The notes beneath the pieces are model-generated. The model was not told where the DNA came from and ran no database searches. It worked only from the letters and a program-made list of their open reading frames with translations. Below are positions 10,525 through 20,694 of a stretch of DNA of 64,000 nt, piece after piece. This stretch comes from an uncultured Acidobacteriota bacterium (GTDB lineage: Bacteria > Acidobacteriota > Blastocatellia > RBC074). Positions within the stretch are counted from its first letter, which is position 1, and every line of letters begins with the position of its first letter. Position numbers and translations under genes: made by a program. Location of the stretch: contig CAWCKY010000003.1 in assembly GCA_963796275.1 (NCBI GenBank), positions 1,120,001 through 1,184,000 of the forward strand. The letters are read 5' to 3'.

Positions 10525-11562
10525 ATGAAATACGGTGTTATCGCTACCAACCCGCTTGAACTGCTGGCTTTATTATTCGGCAAGGTTCCCCTCACGATAC
10601 TGGATTCGCTTTATGCGATCTTGAAAGCACGTACATTGATGGCCGGCGTACAACTCGGGGTCTTTGATGCATTAAAAGATGAATCCGGCACTGCGGCGAC
10701 ATTGTCGCGTCGATTGGCGCTGGATGAGGAATGCCTGGACCTGCTTTTGCGCACTCTCGTGTTTTCCGGTTATCTCGAGCGTGATGGGACGGCATATAAA
10801 CTCTCGCGACTCGGGAGGGAGAACTGCATCAGGGAATCTCCGGCGGGGACTTCCAACTATTTGTTATGGAACTACACGCAATGGGACTGGGTCGGTCGAT
10901 TGGAGGATTTGCTGCGGACGGGTGCGGGAATCGACTTCCACCAGAGCCTGCTTGATACGGCGGCCTGGGAAACATATCAGCGGGCCATGTTTGAGATCGC
11001 GCGCAAAGACGCTCCCTATCTCGCTGCAAAACTCCCGGTTCCGCAAGGAGCCAAGAGCTTGCTGGATGTCGGCGGTGGCCATGGGTTGCTGGGCGCTGCG
11101 ATCTGCCGCAAACACCCGCCCATGAAATCGACGGTCCTCGACCTGCCGCAGGCTGTACACCACGCGCGCAGCCTGGCCAATGCAGAAGGATTCGGCGATG
11201 TAGTGGCATACCGCGAGGGCGATTTGCTCGAATCGGCCTGGGGGAGCGCGCATGATGTAATTCTGCTCGCCAACATTCTTCATCATTTTTCGCCCGGGGA
11301 GAATGAGGGTATTCTGCGCAAGGCGGCAGACGCGCTGCGCGAGGGTGGAACCGTTGCCATCTGGGACATCGAACGATCGCGCCAGGATGCTGATGTCTCG
11401 ATCGGAGACCCGGCTGCATTATTTTTCAGGCTGACGTCAAATGCTAGCGTCTACCGGGCTGATCAGTATGTGCAATGGGCTTCGGAGGCCGGTTTTCGGC
11501 GGGTGCGCGTTACCAGATCAATTCGATTTCCCGGGTTTGCCCTTATTATCGGGAGACGATAG
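10525..11562 (+). CDS. O-methyltransferase (Methyltransf_2 type with dimerisation domain)
   Basis: LLDVGGGHG, VLDLP, GDLL, ANILHHF motifs. Confidence 0.9.
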   Translation: MKYGVIATNPLELLALLFGKVPLTILDSLYAILKARTLMAGVQLGVFDALKDESGTAATLSRRLALDEECLDLLLRTLVFSGYLERDGTAYKLSRLGRENCIRESPAGTSNYLLWNYTQWDWVGRLEDLLRTGAGIDFHQSLLDTAAWETYQRAMFEIARKDAPYLAAKLPVPQGAKSLLDVGGGHGLLGAAICRKHPPMKSTVLDLPQAVHHARSLANAEGFGDVVAYREGDLLESAWGSAHDVILLANILHHFSPGENEGILRKAADALREGGTVAIWDIERSRQDADVSIGDPAALFFRLTSNASVYRADQYVQWASEAGFRRVRVTRSIRFPGFALIIGRR

Positions 11563-12699
11563 CAGCTCGAGTATCTTACTCGCCGCTCGTTTTGACGCGT
11601 TAGACGAGCCGAGGGCCTGACGTACTTGGGCCAGGTCTGCCCGTAGATGCGTGAGGCTTTTCGGATCGCTGAGCATGGCGGTGATCTGCTCCGCCAATCT
11701 TTCCGGATTCATTTCATCCTGCAATAACTCGGGAGCGATCTCCCGCCCTGCTATCAGGTTCGGCATACCGACGAATGGGACGTTGATCAATGGGCGGAAT
11801 ATCCGCCAATTCAAGGTCGAGGCGCGATAGACGATGATGAGCGGAGTGCCGATGATAGCAGTTTCGAGCGTAGCCGTACCGCTTGCGACGATCGCAAGCT
11901 CCGACGCTGATAGCGCGTTATAGGTATCATTCTCAATCGGCTTTAGATTTCCGATCGGATGGGATTGCATGCCGATTTCGTCAATGGAAAATGTGCGCGC
12001 CAGAGGCAAAGCGAATTGCAGTTGCGGTTGTGATCGGTTGAGTATCCGGGCCGCATCGAGCATCGGAGGCAGGATATATTTAATCTCCGAGTGACGGCTG
12101 CCCGGCAAGAGCGCGACGATCGGTCTCGCTGGGTCGAACTGGTGGCGTGAACAGAAATCATCCCGGCTCGCGGTCACGCGCACGCTATCGAGCAGCGGAT
12201 GGCCGACGTAATCGACATCGATACCGTTGCGTTCGTAATAATCTTTCTCGAACGGCAAAATGACGAGCATCTTTTCGATATACCGTTTGATGGCGTGGAT
12301 GCGGTAACTGCGCCACGCCCAAACCTGCGGGCTGATGTAATAGACCAGGCGCAGATTGTCGCTATGCAATTTTTTGGCAAGTCTGAGATTGAACTCTGGC
12401 CAGTCGACCAGGATCACCAGCGCGGGTTTCCTTGTGCGGGCTAACTGCCGGAGTCGGCGAAAAACACGAAGGAATTTAGGCAATGCCCGGGATACCTCGA
12501 GCAGGCCCATAATCGCGACTTCGCGAATGTCGACATGTGTCTCGACTCCGGCGCCGCGCATCTCTTCACCACCGGAGCCAAAAAATTCGAAAGGCAAATC
12601 GGGACGCAATGAACGCAACGCGGCGACCAGCTTCGCCCCGTGTTTATCACCGGAAGCCTCGCCCGCAACGATCATGATTCGCACAGATTGATTGACCAC
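11518..12699 (-). CDS. lpxB: Lipid-A-disaccharide synthase
   Basis: AGEASGD, YYISPQVWAWR, GHPL, LPGSR, SGTATLE. Confidence 0.96.
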   Translation of the reverse strand: MVNQSVRIMIVAGEASGDKHGAKLVAALRSLRPDLPFEFFGSGGEEMRGAGVETHVDIREVAIMGLLEVSRALPKFLRVFRRLRQLARTRKPALVILVDWPEFNLRLAKKLHSDNLRLVYYISPQVWAWRSYRIHAIKRYIEKMLVILPFEKDYYERNGIDVDYVGHPLLDSVRVTASRDDFCSRHQFDPARPIVALLPGSRHSEIKYILPPMLDAARILNRSQPQLQFALPLARTFSIDEIGMQSHPIGNLKPIENDTYNALSASELAIVASGTATLETAIIGTPLIIVYRASTLNWRIFRPLINVPFVGMPNLIAGREIAPELLQDEMNPERLAEQITAMLSDPKSLTHLRADLAQVRQALGSSNASKRAASKILELLSSPDNKGKPGKSN

Positions 12700-12825
12700 G
12701 ATCTACATCATACCCCAGGGGATCAATAGTCCGATTACTATGTATGCGAGAGCCGCGGTTTGGCAGGTATTCGGGATTGATGTGATTGTGATAGAGGCCT
12801 TCGGGCTCATTGGCTCAATTTTCAG

Positions 12826-13803
12826 TCAATAAATCTCTGGCTCGCCCTCCGGGCGCGTCCGCCAGCGACGATGTATCCACAGCCATTGATCGGGGTAGCG
12901 GCGGATGATCGATTCAAGCACCTTAGCGTATTGTGCTGTATTGGCGACTATATCTTCCTTCTGATTTCCGGTGTCGATCGTTTCGATCGGCTTTTCGAAG
13001 TGCAGTCGGTGGACACGCTGCTTATCATCCCACACGAGATATCCGGGCATGACGACGGCGCCCGTACGCATAGCCAGAGTGGCTACGCCCGCTGTGGTAC
13101 ATGCCGGCACCCCGAAGAAATCGCAGAAGACCCCTTCTTCTCGCGATGAATTGAGATCGGCGAGAATACCGACAGCCCCGCCGGACTTCAATGTCTTAAT
13201 CACCTCGCGCGCCGATTTAGTCTTGTCGATGCTGCGATTGCCGAAACGGGCGCGATAGCTTTCGGCCAACTGTTCGACTAACGGATTATCTACGCGCCGC
13301 GCCAGAAAAGATATGGGATGACCATTTATCGAATGCGCGTATACGGACAGTTCCCAGGCGCCGATGTGACCGGTGAGCAGAATCACCCCTCGCCCCCGCG
13401 CCTTCGCCTCCAGGAAGTTGGTGAGGCCATCGTAGTTGACGATTGATGATATGTTGTCGCGGTTGTAGCGCGGGAACTGGCTGATCTCGCCGAGCAGGCG
13501 CCCGAGATTACTGAATACCCCGCGCTTGATGCGCTCGAGTTCCCCTTGCTCGATTTCAGGAAAGGCCAGACGCAGATTGATCTCGGCGTTGCGCCGCAGA
13601 TGTGGCAGAAGCAGTTGCGCGAGCCTGCCGACCGCCTGCCCGATCTTCAATGCGAACGGGCGAGAAAACAGCCCGACGCCATGCAAGATGAACCAGGCTA
13701 TCGCGTATTCGACATAGGTTCGTACTACGCCCCGTTTCCTGATTGCCCACTCCATGGGCTCCGATTTCTCTTTCTGATTGTTGTCTAAAGCAGTGTGATA
13801 CAA
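12826..13803 (-). CDS. Lipid A acyltransferase (LpxL/HtrB family)
   Basis: TGHIGAWE and YPDQWLWIHRRW motifs; adjacent to lpxB. Confidence 0.9.
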   Translation of the reverse strand: MYHTALDNNQKEKSEPMEWAIRKRGVVRTYVEYAIAWFILHGVGLFSRPFALKIGQAVGRLAQLLLPHLRRNAEINLRLAFPEIEQGELERIKRGVFSNLGRLLGEISQFPRYNRDNISSIVNYDGLTNFLEAKARGRGVILLTGHIGAWELSVYAHSINGHPISFLARRVDNPLVEQLAESYRARFGNRSIDKTKSAREVIKTLKSGGAVGILADLNSSREEGVFCDFFGVPACTTAGVATLAMRTGAVVMPGYLVWDDKQRVHRLHFEKPIETIDTGNQKEDIVANTAQYAKVLESIIRRYPDQWLWIHRRWRTRPEGEPEIY

Positions 13804-13860
13804 GCCGGGACGAAACTAGCATTCGTGGCGGGTGACTGTCAATTTATGCTGATTCGTCAA

Positions 13861-13930
13861 AAACACAAAAATAGACACAAAAAGCACAAAGAATATTCTT
13901 TGTGCTTTCTGTGCCCCTACTTTGTGTTTT
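13861..13930. repeat. Palindromic CACAAA-type repeat with perfect 28-bp core (13881-13908)
   Basis: AAAGCACAAAGAAT|ATTCTTTGTGCTTT; related element at 50621-50713. Confidence 0.8.
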
Positions 13931-13939
13931 CTGCGGTGA

Positions 13940-14800
13940 TTACTCCGCTATTCGCTGAAACGGGCTATATCCCAGGCTATTCAACCGTTCGGCTATCAGC
14001 TGGTGACCTCGCCCGTTTGGGTGAAGGCCGTCGAAGGCGATAAAACCGCGATCACCCGCGTCCAGCGTACCGTTAGGTCCGTTGAATGCCCGATAGACCT
14101 GGGCGGAAGGAATGTTATACGCGCGCGCTGTTTCGGCGATATAGTTGTTGATCTGGTCAAGATAGATCTTTCCGACCTGAAAATCATTGCCCTGATCATT
14201 CGGCCACGTGTCTCGCGCACTATCCACATTGACGTATGGGTTGTAAACATCCATCGTCCGGATGATTGTGTTACTGGTGCTGCGCAGCGAGAGGACTTCT
14301 AAGAGTATAGCGTTAAAATTTCCTTTGAATGTCGCGACCATTGCCCTCAGGCAATCTTGATTATCCGGCCCTCCGCAGGTCCTATCTCCATAGCTGCCGC
14401 GCGCGCCTAAGAGGTCATTGCCGCCAATATTCACGGTAACGATTGGCGAAGCAGCGACAGAGACGCGAAAGAGAATATTTCCGCTGATCGCGCCCAGCAG
14501 ATCGCTGCTCGTCCAGCCAGGGACGCAGAGGTTGATCGCAGTTACATTCGCTCCGGTGTTGGCTTCGACGAGGCGACCATAGGCAGGCACATAGCCATCT
14601 CCGATGGGCGCGAAGAGGCCAAAGCCGATTGAATCGCCGATACCGGTATATACCACGTTCTGCGCAGCCGCTTCTTTAGGCGTCGCAAGTAGCGTTAAGA
14701 GAAATAGTGAGCAAATGCTCAGGCTAACGGCTCTTCTGGTGAATATATTACGGTTGGTGATTTTGCTTAGAACCCGATGCGCTCTAGAAAACAGACTCAT
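13940..14800 (-). CDS. SGNH/GDSL hydrolase, secreted
   Basis: GDSIG, IGGNDL, DGLHPN blocks; signal peptide ending AAA. Confidence 0.9.
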   Translation of the reverse strand: MSLFSRAHRVLSKITNRNIFTRRAVSLSICSLFLLTLLATPKEAAAQNVVYTGIGDSIGFGLFAPIGDGYVPAYGRLVEANTGANVTAINLCVPGWTSSDLLGAISGNILFRVSVAASPIVTVNIGGNDLLGARGSYGDRTCGGPDNQDCLRAMVATFKGNFNAILLEVLSLRSTSNTIIRTMDVYNPYVNVDSARDTWPNDQGNDFQVGKIYLDQINNYIAETARAYNIPSAQVYRAFNGPNGTLDAGDRGFIAFDGLHPNGRGHQLIAERLNSLGYSPFQRIAE

Positions 14801-15125
14801 AGGTCTTCCTCCTTTAATTGCTTAAAGTTAATTACTGCAAGTTAATGAATTCGTGAGTGAGGTTTTCTCGCATGTATCCTGTGTATCAGGGGGGATTGGG
14901 GCTTGTGGGGAAGCTTCAAATTATAGTGTCTGGAACTACAAAATATTTCGCTGCTATAACTGAGGCACTAGCAAAAACCGGATGCAGGATGCCACACGCG
15001 AGTTGTCGGAGTCAATCACGAGTTGATCGACGCATAATCAACCGTTATTATTGCCTGCGTCAGAAAACGCTAAATCGTGGGGGAAACCCCGTTCCATCAA
15101 ACATTTGTAACTCAGACTAACTCAT

Positions 15126-15581
15126 ATGATCACTAAGCGAGATGGATTTGTTGCTTTGTTAACCCTGAGTGTGACGCTGACCGTGGTTGGCTTCGCTCAA
15201 ACCGATTCAACATTAATGGGTTCTTCGATTTTCGATTGGAGTTCGATTGAAGCGAAGACTACAAAAGTAGGAGCGACGCGCAAATTTTTTCAGGCTCCCA
15301 CGGCTACACTTGATGAGCTGGAATGCCACGTTACTACGCTCAATCCAGGTGAGACGCCTCATCCCCCGCATAAGCATGCGGACGAGGAATTGATAATAAT
15401 AAAAGAGGGAACAGTCGAATCTCTCGTCAATGGCCAAATCAAACGCGTGGGACCCGGTTCGGTGATCTTTCAGGCTTCCAACCAGATGCACAGTATCCGC
15501 AACGTAGGTCAGACGCCGGCGACTTATCATGTAATCAAATGGAATTCTCCCGGGATGTTAAAAGCTAAACAGAAGCCGTAG
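15126..15581 (+). CDS. Cupin-domain protein with signal peptide
   Basis: HPPHKHADEE...H cupin metal motif. Confidence 0.85.
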   Translation: MITKRDGFVALLTLSVTLTVVGFAQTDSTLMGSSIFDWSSIEAKTTKVGATRKFFQAPTATLDELECHVTTLNPGETPHPPHKHADEELIIIKEGTVESLVNGQIKRVGPGSVIFQASNQMHSIRNVGQTPATYHVIKWNSPGMLKAKQKP

Positions 15582-15585
15582 CAGT

Positions 15586-16119
15586 ATGGCGTCAATCATC
15601 ACACATCCGATCGTGCCGATAACAGTCGCGGTGATATTTCCCAGGAAAATTATCGCCCCCGCTGTGCTAATTGCCGGCGCGATCTGTTCTATCGTACCCG
15701 ACTTCGACGTTATCGGCTTCGCATTCGCAATCGAATACGGCGACATGCTGGGTCATCGAGGCATCACGCATTCGATAATGTTTGCCGCCTTACTCGCGGC
15801 ACCCCTCACCTTTCTCCTCGTCCGCCATGAGCGCAATACACGTCTTCCGGTCTTCGTATTCTTATTCTTATCGACTCTCTCACACGCAATCCTGGATGCC
15901 ATGACTAACGGTGGTCTGGGTGTGGCACTATTCGCACCCTTCGATAACACGCGGTACTTTCTGCCATGGCGGCCGATTGTCGTATCTCCCATCGGCGTTG
16001 CCGGGTTTTTTTCGGTTCGGGGGCTACGCGTAATCCAGAGTGAATTGCTGTGGATATGGATTCCATCGGCAATCGTATATGGCGTTGCACGCTATTGTAA
16101 AAATGTATGGCTGATATGA
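15586..16119 (+). CDS. Membrane-bound metal-dependent hydrolase (YdjM/YbcI family)
   Basis: PDFD, GHRGITHS, SHAILDAMTNGGLG. Confidence 0.9.
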   Translation: MASIITHPIVPITVAVIFPRKIIAPAVLIAGAICSIVPDFDVIGFAFAIEYGDMLGHRGITHSIMFAALLAAPLTFLLVRHERNTRLPVFVFLFLSTLSHAILDAMTNGGLGVALFAPFDNTRYFLPWRPIVVSPIGVAGFFSVRGLRVIQSELLWIWIPSAIVYGVARYCKNVWLI

Positions 16120-16520
16120 TTCCGGTTGTATCGTTCGCGCGGCTGGAGGAGATGGAGCCGATCTGCATCACGTTCAAAGACGTCCCGTATTGTCTGATCA
16201 GGGTCGGAGAGGAGATATATGCATTCGTTTCAATATGCCCGCACAAAGATCTGGCGATGCTTCCTCCGAAGGTGAAGAATGGATTGATTGTCTGCCCGCA
16301 TCATAAGGTAGGGTTTGACCCGATCACCGGTGAGGTGGTTAAAGACCAGGGGAAAAGCGTCGAGGATCTGACTCCTGTGAGGACTGAGATAGTTGATGGT
16401 GTTATTTATCTGGAAGCGCGGAAGCGTTATCGCAGGCTTGTGCCGAAGAGCGAGCGGGAGTGGCTGGAAAAAGAGAGCAAAAAATCGGAGAAGATTATGG
16501 AGGAGTACAATAAAAGATAA
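16107..16520 (+). CDS. Rieske [2Fe-2S] ferredoxin-like protein
   Basis: CPH...CPHH motifs. Confidence 0.85.
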   Translation: MADMIPVVSFARLEEMEPICITFKDVPYCLIRVGEEIYAFVSICPHKDLAMLPPKVKNGLIVCPHHKVGFDPITGEVVKDQGKSVEDLTPVRTEIVDGVIYLEARKRYRRLVPKSEREWLEKESKKSEKIMEEYNKR

Positions 16521-17182
16521 TGAGCGATCAGAAACGAGCGGTTATCTGGGATTTGGATGGAACGCTTATCGATTCATCCGCTTTTCATTGGGAGGCATGG
16601 CAGCAGGTGATGAAGGCTGAAAACCTGGCATTGACATATGAAGAATATGTCGCAGATTTTGGCAAGCGAAATGACGAAATTTTGCGCGGGCGTCTTGGCC
16701 CCAACCTGACTGATGGCGATATCGTGCGGATCACAGACGCGAAAGAGGGAATATACCGCGAACTGGTGCGGTCGAGAGGGCTGAAACTTTTACCGGGCGC
16801 CGGTTATTGGCTGCAACGACTGAAATCCGATGATTGGCTGCAGGCGCTCGCTACCTCATCGCCGCGGGGCAATATCGGCGCGGTATTCGCTGCGCTGGGG
16901 ATAGAGAAGTACTTCGACGTGGTGGTTTCTTCGGAAGAAGTGGAACACGGCAAACCGCATCCGGATGTTTTCCTGTGGGCGGCGGAGCAACTGAAGGTGG
17001 CGTCCAGTAGGTGTATCGTGGTCGAGGACGCTCCGGCAGGCATCGAGGCAGCACATCGGGCCGGGATGAGAGCGATCGGCGTGCGGACCACGCATGCCGA
17101 GTTGGTCGCTGATTGGGCTTTTGAATCTTTGGATAGATTGCCGATGGATTTCTTCCATCGAGATGAAGCCCTGAAACAATGA
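16520..17182 (+). CDS. HAD family phosphatase (beta-PGM-like)
   Basis: [21 protein letters not shown]. Confidence 0.9.
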   Translation: MSDQKRAVIWDLDGTLIDSSAFHWEAWQQVMKAENLALTYEEYVADFGKRNDEILRGRLGPNLTDGDIVRITDAKEGIYRELVRSRGLKLLPGAGYWLQRLKSDDWLQALATSSPRGNIGAVFAALGIEKYFDVVVSSEEVEHGKPHPDVFLWAAEQLKVASSRCIVVEDAPAGIEAAHRAGMRAIGVRTTHAELVADWAFESLDRLPMDFFHRDEALKQ

Positions 17183-17295
17183 AGGTATTTAGTCAAGTTA
17201 GAAGTCCTTCGGGCTGTTAGCTGGATCGATCTCTGAAAGATACCTTTCGCTGCCTGCTGAAGACTGAAACCTGAGAATTATTGCCTGAGAGGCGC

Positions 17296-18243
17296 ATGAA
17301 CCGTACTGACCGATTGCTCGCTATCGTACTTGAGCTACAGCGTAAAGGTCATCGGCGCGCTGAAGACCTCGCTGCATTCTTTGAGACCAGTAAACGGACG
17401 ATCTACCGCGATATCCAGGCGCTTTGCGAATCCGGCGTTCCGGTGGTTGCTCAGCCCGGTTCAGGTTACTCGCTCGTCGAAGGTTATTTCCTGCCGCCGG
17501 TCAGTTTCAGCACCGACGAGGCCACTATGCTTTTGCTCGGCGGCGAATTCGTCGCTGATAAATTCGATGCGCAATACCGCGAGGCGGCACATTCGGCGAG
17601 CCGCAAGATCGAGGCCGTGCTATCACAGAAGCTTCGCGCTGAAGTCGATTATTTACGCAGCAGTATCGCATTTGTCCCTGCTCCCGTTCTCTCGGGCAGC
17701 GCCGCAGCCAACTATCTGCCGCAATTGCGGCGCGCGATTATAGAGCAGAGAACGATTAAGTTTCATTATCACACCAGGTATTCGGATGATGGCTCGAGCG
17801 TTCAGAGGACGCGCGAGGCCAATCCATTTGGATTGATCCACTACGGGGACTCATGGTACTTCATCGGCCATTGTCATCTACGTAACGACATACGCAATTT
17901 CAAAATCAACCGAATCTCCGACCTGAAAGTCCTCGAGCGGAAATTCGAACGGCCACCGAATTTCCGGATGGAGCCACCAGAAGATGAGAGCCGCCAACTC
18001 CTCGTGCGCGCACTCTTCGATAGTGATATTGCACCCTGGGTGCGCGAAATGCGGTCTTTTTTTGTCACAAATATGGAGGAGATTCCGGACGGTTTGATGG
18101 TTTCAATGAAAGTCCGCGTCATAAACGAGATTTTACCGTGGTTGCTCAGCTGGGGCGGGCAGGTGCGAATATTGGAGCCCGAATCTGTGCGGCGGATCAT
18201 GATGGAAGAGGCGAAAAAAATGCTCGAAAAAAATTCGTCGTAA
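17296..18243 (+). CDS. YafY-family HTH-WYL-WCX transcriptional regulator
   Basis: N-terminal HTH (SKRTIYRDI), WYFIGHCHLRNDIRNFKINRI WYL motif, C-terminal WLLSWG..VRILEP. Confidence 0.93.
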   Translation: MNRTDRLLAIVLELQRKGHRRAEDLAAFFETSKRTIYRDIQALCESGVPVVAQPGSGYSLVEGYFLPPVSFSTDEATMLLLGGEFVADKFDAQYREAAHSASRKIEAVLSQKLRAEVDYLRSSIAFVPAPVLSGSAAANYLPQLRRAIIEQRTIKFHYHTRYSDDGSSVQRTREANPFGLIHYGDSWYFIGHCHLRNDIRNFKINRISDLKVLERKFERPPNFRMEPPEDESRQLLVRALFDSDIAPWVREMRSFFVTNMEEIPDGLMVSMKVRVINEILPWLLSWGGQVRILEPESVRRIMMEEAKKMLEKNSS

Positions 18244-18254
18244 TGAATAGCTAC

Positions 18255-18270
18255 TGACATAGGGCTGTCA
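18255..18270. promoter_or_regulatory. Putative WYL-regulator operator TGACA-N6-TGTCA upstream of the DinB gene
   Basis: TGACA TAGGGC TGTCA inverted repeat between regulator and dinB-family gene. Confidence 0.6.
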
Positions 18271-18327
18271 CATGGGTGGAATATTTTGTCTCTGTTCGAA
18301 AAACACAGTTTTAGAAGGGAGACTGAA

Positions 18328-18843
18328 ATGACGAAAGAAGGACTGCTCAAACAATACGCCTATTTCAAGATGGTTCATGGTGTGACCTTGCGCCTGATCG
18401 GAACCTTTGAGGATAAGGATATCGATTTTCGTCCCGCGCCAGGTATGCGCTCGGTGCGCGAGCTGATTACACACACATACGGTATGATGGGCACTTTCTC
18501 TGAGGGAATACGAAGAGGCAGGCTGACAGCCGAAATTGAAAATCATGCAATACCGGAGACCGATGAGGGCAGAGCGAAAGCGTTCTCATTTAAAACTATG
18601 GCGGCGCTTCAAGATTTCGCGCTGAAAAATTTCCGCACGATTGAGGAAACTCTGGCGGGACTCACGGACGAACAACTGGCACAACCGCTTGAGTCTCCTT
18701 TCGGAACATATCCCACCTGGCAGTACTTCACTTTCGCTTACGACGAGCACTGGCATCATCGCGGGCAACTTTATACTTATGCGAGGTTGGTTGGAAAAGA
18801 ACCGCCGATGCTCTATGACTACGAAAATTCTCCGGTTCAATAG
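18328..18843 (+). CDS. DinB/YfiT family protein
   Basis: FRPAPGMRSVRELITH and EHWHHRGQLYTYARL His motifs. Confidence 0.9.
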   Translation: MTKEGLLKQYAYFKMVHGVTLRLIGTFEDKDIDFRPAPGMRSVRELITHTYGMMGTFSEGIRRGRLTAEIENHAIPETDEGRAKAFSFKTMAALQDFALKNFRTIEETLAGLTDEQLAQPLESPFGTYPTWQYFTFAYDEHWHHRGQLYTYARLVGKEPPMLYDYENSPVQ

Positions 18844-18889
18844 TTATTATTGACATTCAGCTTGGTCGTTTAAAAAATAATGCAAACAG

Positions 18890-18929
18890 GTAGGGCAGAC
18901 CTATGTGTAATACACAGGTCTGCTCTTAC
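18890..18929. repeat. GTAG-type REP hairpin / terminator at left edge of accessory region
   Basis: GTAGGGCAGACCT...AGGTCTGCTCTTAC. Confidence 0.6.
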
Positions 18930-18962
18930 GTTGGATGACGTGATTGCATCTATTTTTCAAAG

Positions 18963-19758
18963 TTGGGTAGATTGTGGGTTGCACTCGATCGAGCCTGGCC
19001 GCTGTTGACCGGAGGACCGGCAGGAACGGGCAAAACCTCGCTCTGTGAAGCCCTGGCTGAGGGTTGTAACCTGCCGATGTTTGAGGTGACGGGGCATCCG
19101 GGCCATGAAGCGAGGGACATCATCGGCGCTTGGAACCGAAGGGCAGGACAGAGCGGAGGATGCTGCCCTTGCCGCCGGCGCGTCGCAGCAGGAAGCCGCG
19201 CGGGAAAGGTGGAGAGAGGAGTTCTTCGAGTGTGGAGAGGTGCTCGACGCATACCGCGAGGCGGCGCGTGCCGCGGCGGCCGGCGAGCCGCCGCCAGTGT
19301 TACTAATCGACGAAGTCGAAAAGCTTCCTGTGCCGATCCTTCCACTGTTGATCGAGCCCACGCTTAAGAAAGTGGGAGCGCGTGCGAGATTGCCGTATGA
19401 GGTCAGGTTCGCCCCGGCTGCGCTCGACACGCTGTGCAACTGGGGCTACAGATGGCCGGGCATTTTCCGCGAGTTCGAAAACACAATTCTGTAGCTGGCG
19501 ATAAAAGCGAAGAGAACCGAGGGAGTCATCACGGAAGCTCTCGTGTGGGAGATGTTCGGGCGGAGCGGCGCAATTGCGGAGGACTGCAGCGGCGGCGCTA
19601 GCGCCGAAATTGATGAGATGCGGGAATATCTCGACATCATGGGAGCGCTCAAGATGACACGCGGAAACAAACGAAAAGCAGCTCTCTTTTTGGGAATGCC
19701 TCGCACGACGATGCAAACGAAGCTCCAGAGATTCGAGCGCCGCGCAGGCCGTTTTTAA
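18963..19758 (+). pseudogene. Chimeric remnant: MoxR-like AAA+ fragment joined to sigma-54 activator C-terminus with Fis-type HTH
   Basis: GPAGTGKT Walker A, frameshift, LLIDEVEKL Walker B, then YRWPG.FREFEN (WPGNVREL-like), stop at 19492-19494, ALKMTRGNKRKAALFLGMPRTTM Fis HTH. Confidence 0.7.
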
Positions 19759-20041
19759 AATACGCACAGCTTCAATCACCTATGCGCGATTTATCGGGGA
19801 TAAAAAGTCTCGGCCGAGCCAGGAGCACAGAGTACAAACATCCACTCAGCCGATAAAGCGTCTTCCCAATCCCTGCGACAAATCCGTGGCCGAGAGGCTC
19901 TCGTAGGGATTAGTGGTTAGTAGCGAGAGAATTTATGCAGGTAGTCCGAGCATACGAACAATGAAAAGAGCGAACAGCCCTAATAGGCATACGTGTGCCC
20001 CCTCACAGACGAACGCGAAGCATGGAGCTTCGGTCGATGGT

Positions 20042-20248
20042 GAGTCGCTCCTCGATGATCGAGATTGGGAGCTTTTCCTGAAAGCATCCGGACTTGATGG
20101 CGATCCGGAGGTGGCGGCTGACGTGCAGGCTCGTCTCTGGTTGCGGCTTGACGAAACTCTCGACCAGCCGTCGAGCGGCAGGCGGTTACGGAGCACGTTT
20201 CGCGCCGGGATCAGGGAAGCTCACAAGCGCTCGAAGTTCATCGAGTAA
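20042..20248 (+). pseudogene. 5'-truncated paralog of the 20263..20658 orphan gene
   Basis: SLLDDRDW.LFL...QARLWLRLDE.L...RLRSTFRAGIREA matches downstream gene. Confidence 0.7.
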
Positions 20249-20694
20249 CCATAGAAGAATACATGGCATACATCGAAGGGGACCTGGATATCTATTTTGT
20301 GAATGATGGTATTGAATTACTCTATCACAGAGAGGTAAGGCCTATCGAGATTATGGCATGGACGGATTCTCTGTTTGATGCGCAAGACTGGCTGACATTT
20401 TTGAATCCGGATGCACTTCATGACGATCCGGATGCGGTCGACGATCAAGCCCGTCTTTGGTTGCGACTGGATGAAATCCTAAACAATCCACAGAATGCAG
20501 CTCGATTACGGTATACGTTTAGGGCAGGCATTAGAGAGGCTCAAACACGTTCGACATATAAACACCTGCCGCTACAAGACTACATCGCACATATCAAGAA
20601 CGGATACAGCCGAGAGATCAGGAATACTCTGAGCGGCATGGGTAGAAGGAGAGGGTAATATGGCCGCAAGACCACGGGACACTCCCTCACCCAA
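20224..20694 (+). repeat. ~470-bp diverged direct repeat, copy 1 (copy 2 at 37115-37579)
   Basis: CAAGCGCTCGAAGTTCA...GTAACCATAGAAGAATACATG...GGACCTGGATATCTATTTTGTG... shared throughout. Confidence 0.9.
20263..20658 (+). CDS. Hypothetical protein (orphan family, 3 copies in window)
   Basis: 131-aa ORF; conserved in two other copies. Confidence 0.7.
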   Translation: MAYIEGDLDIYFVNDGIELLYHREVRPIEIMAWTDSLFDAQDWLTFLNPDALHDDPDAVDDQARLWLRLDEILNNPQNAARLRYTFRAGIREAQTRSTYKHLPLQDYIAHIKNGYSREIRNTLSGMGRRRG

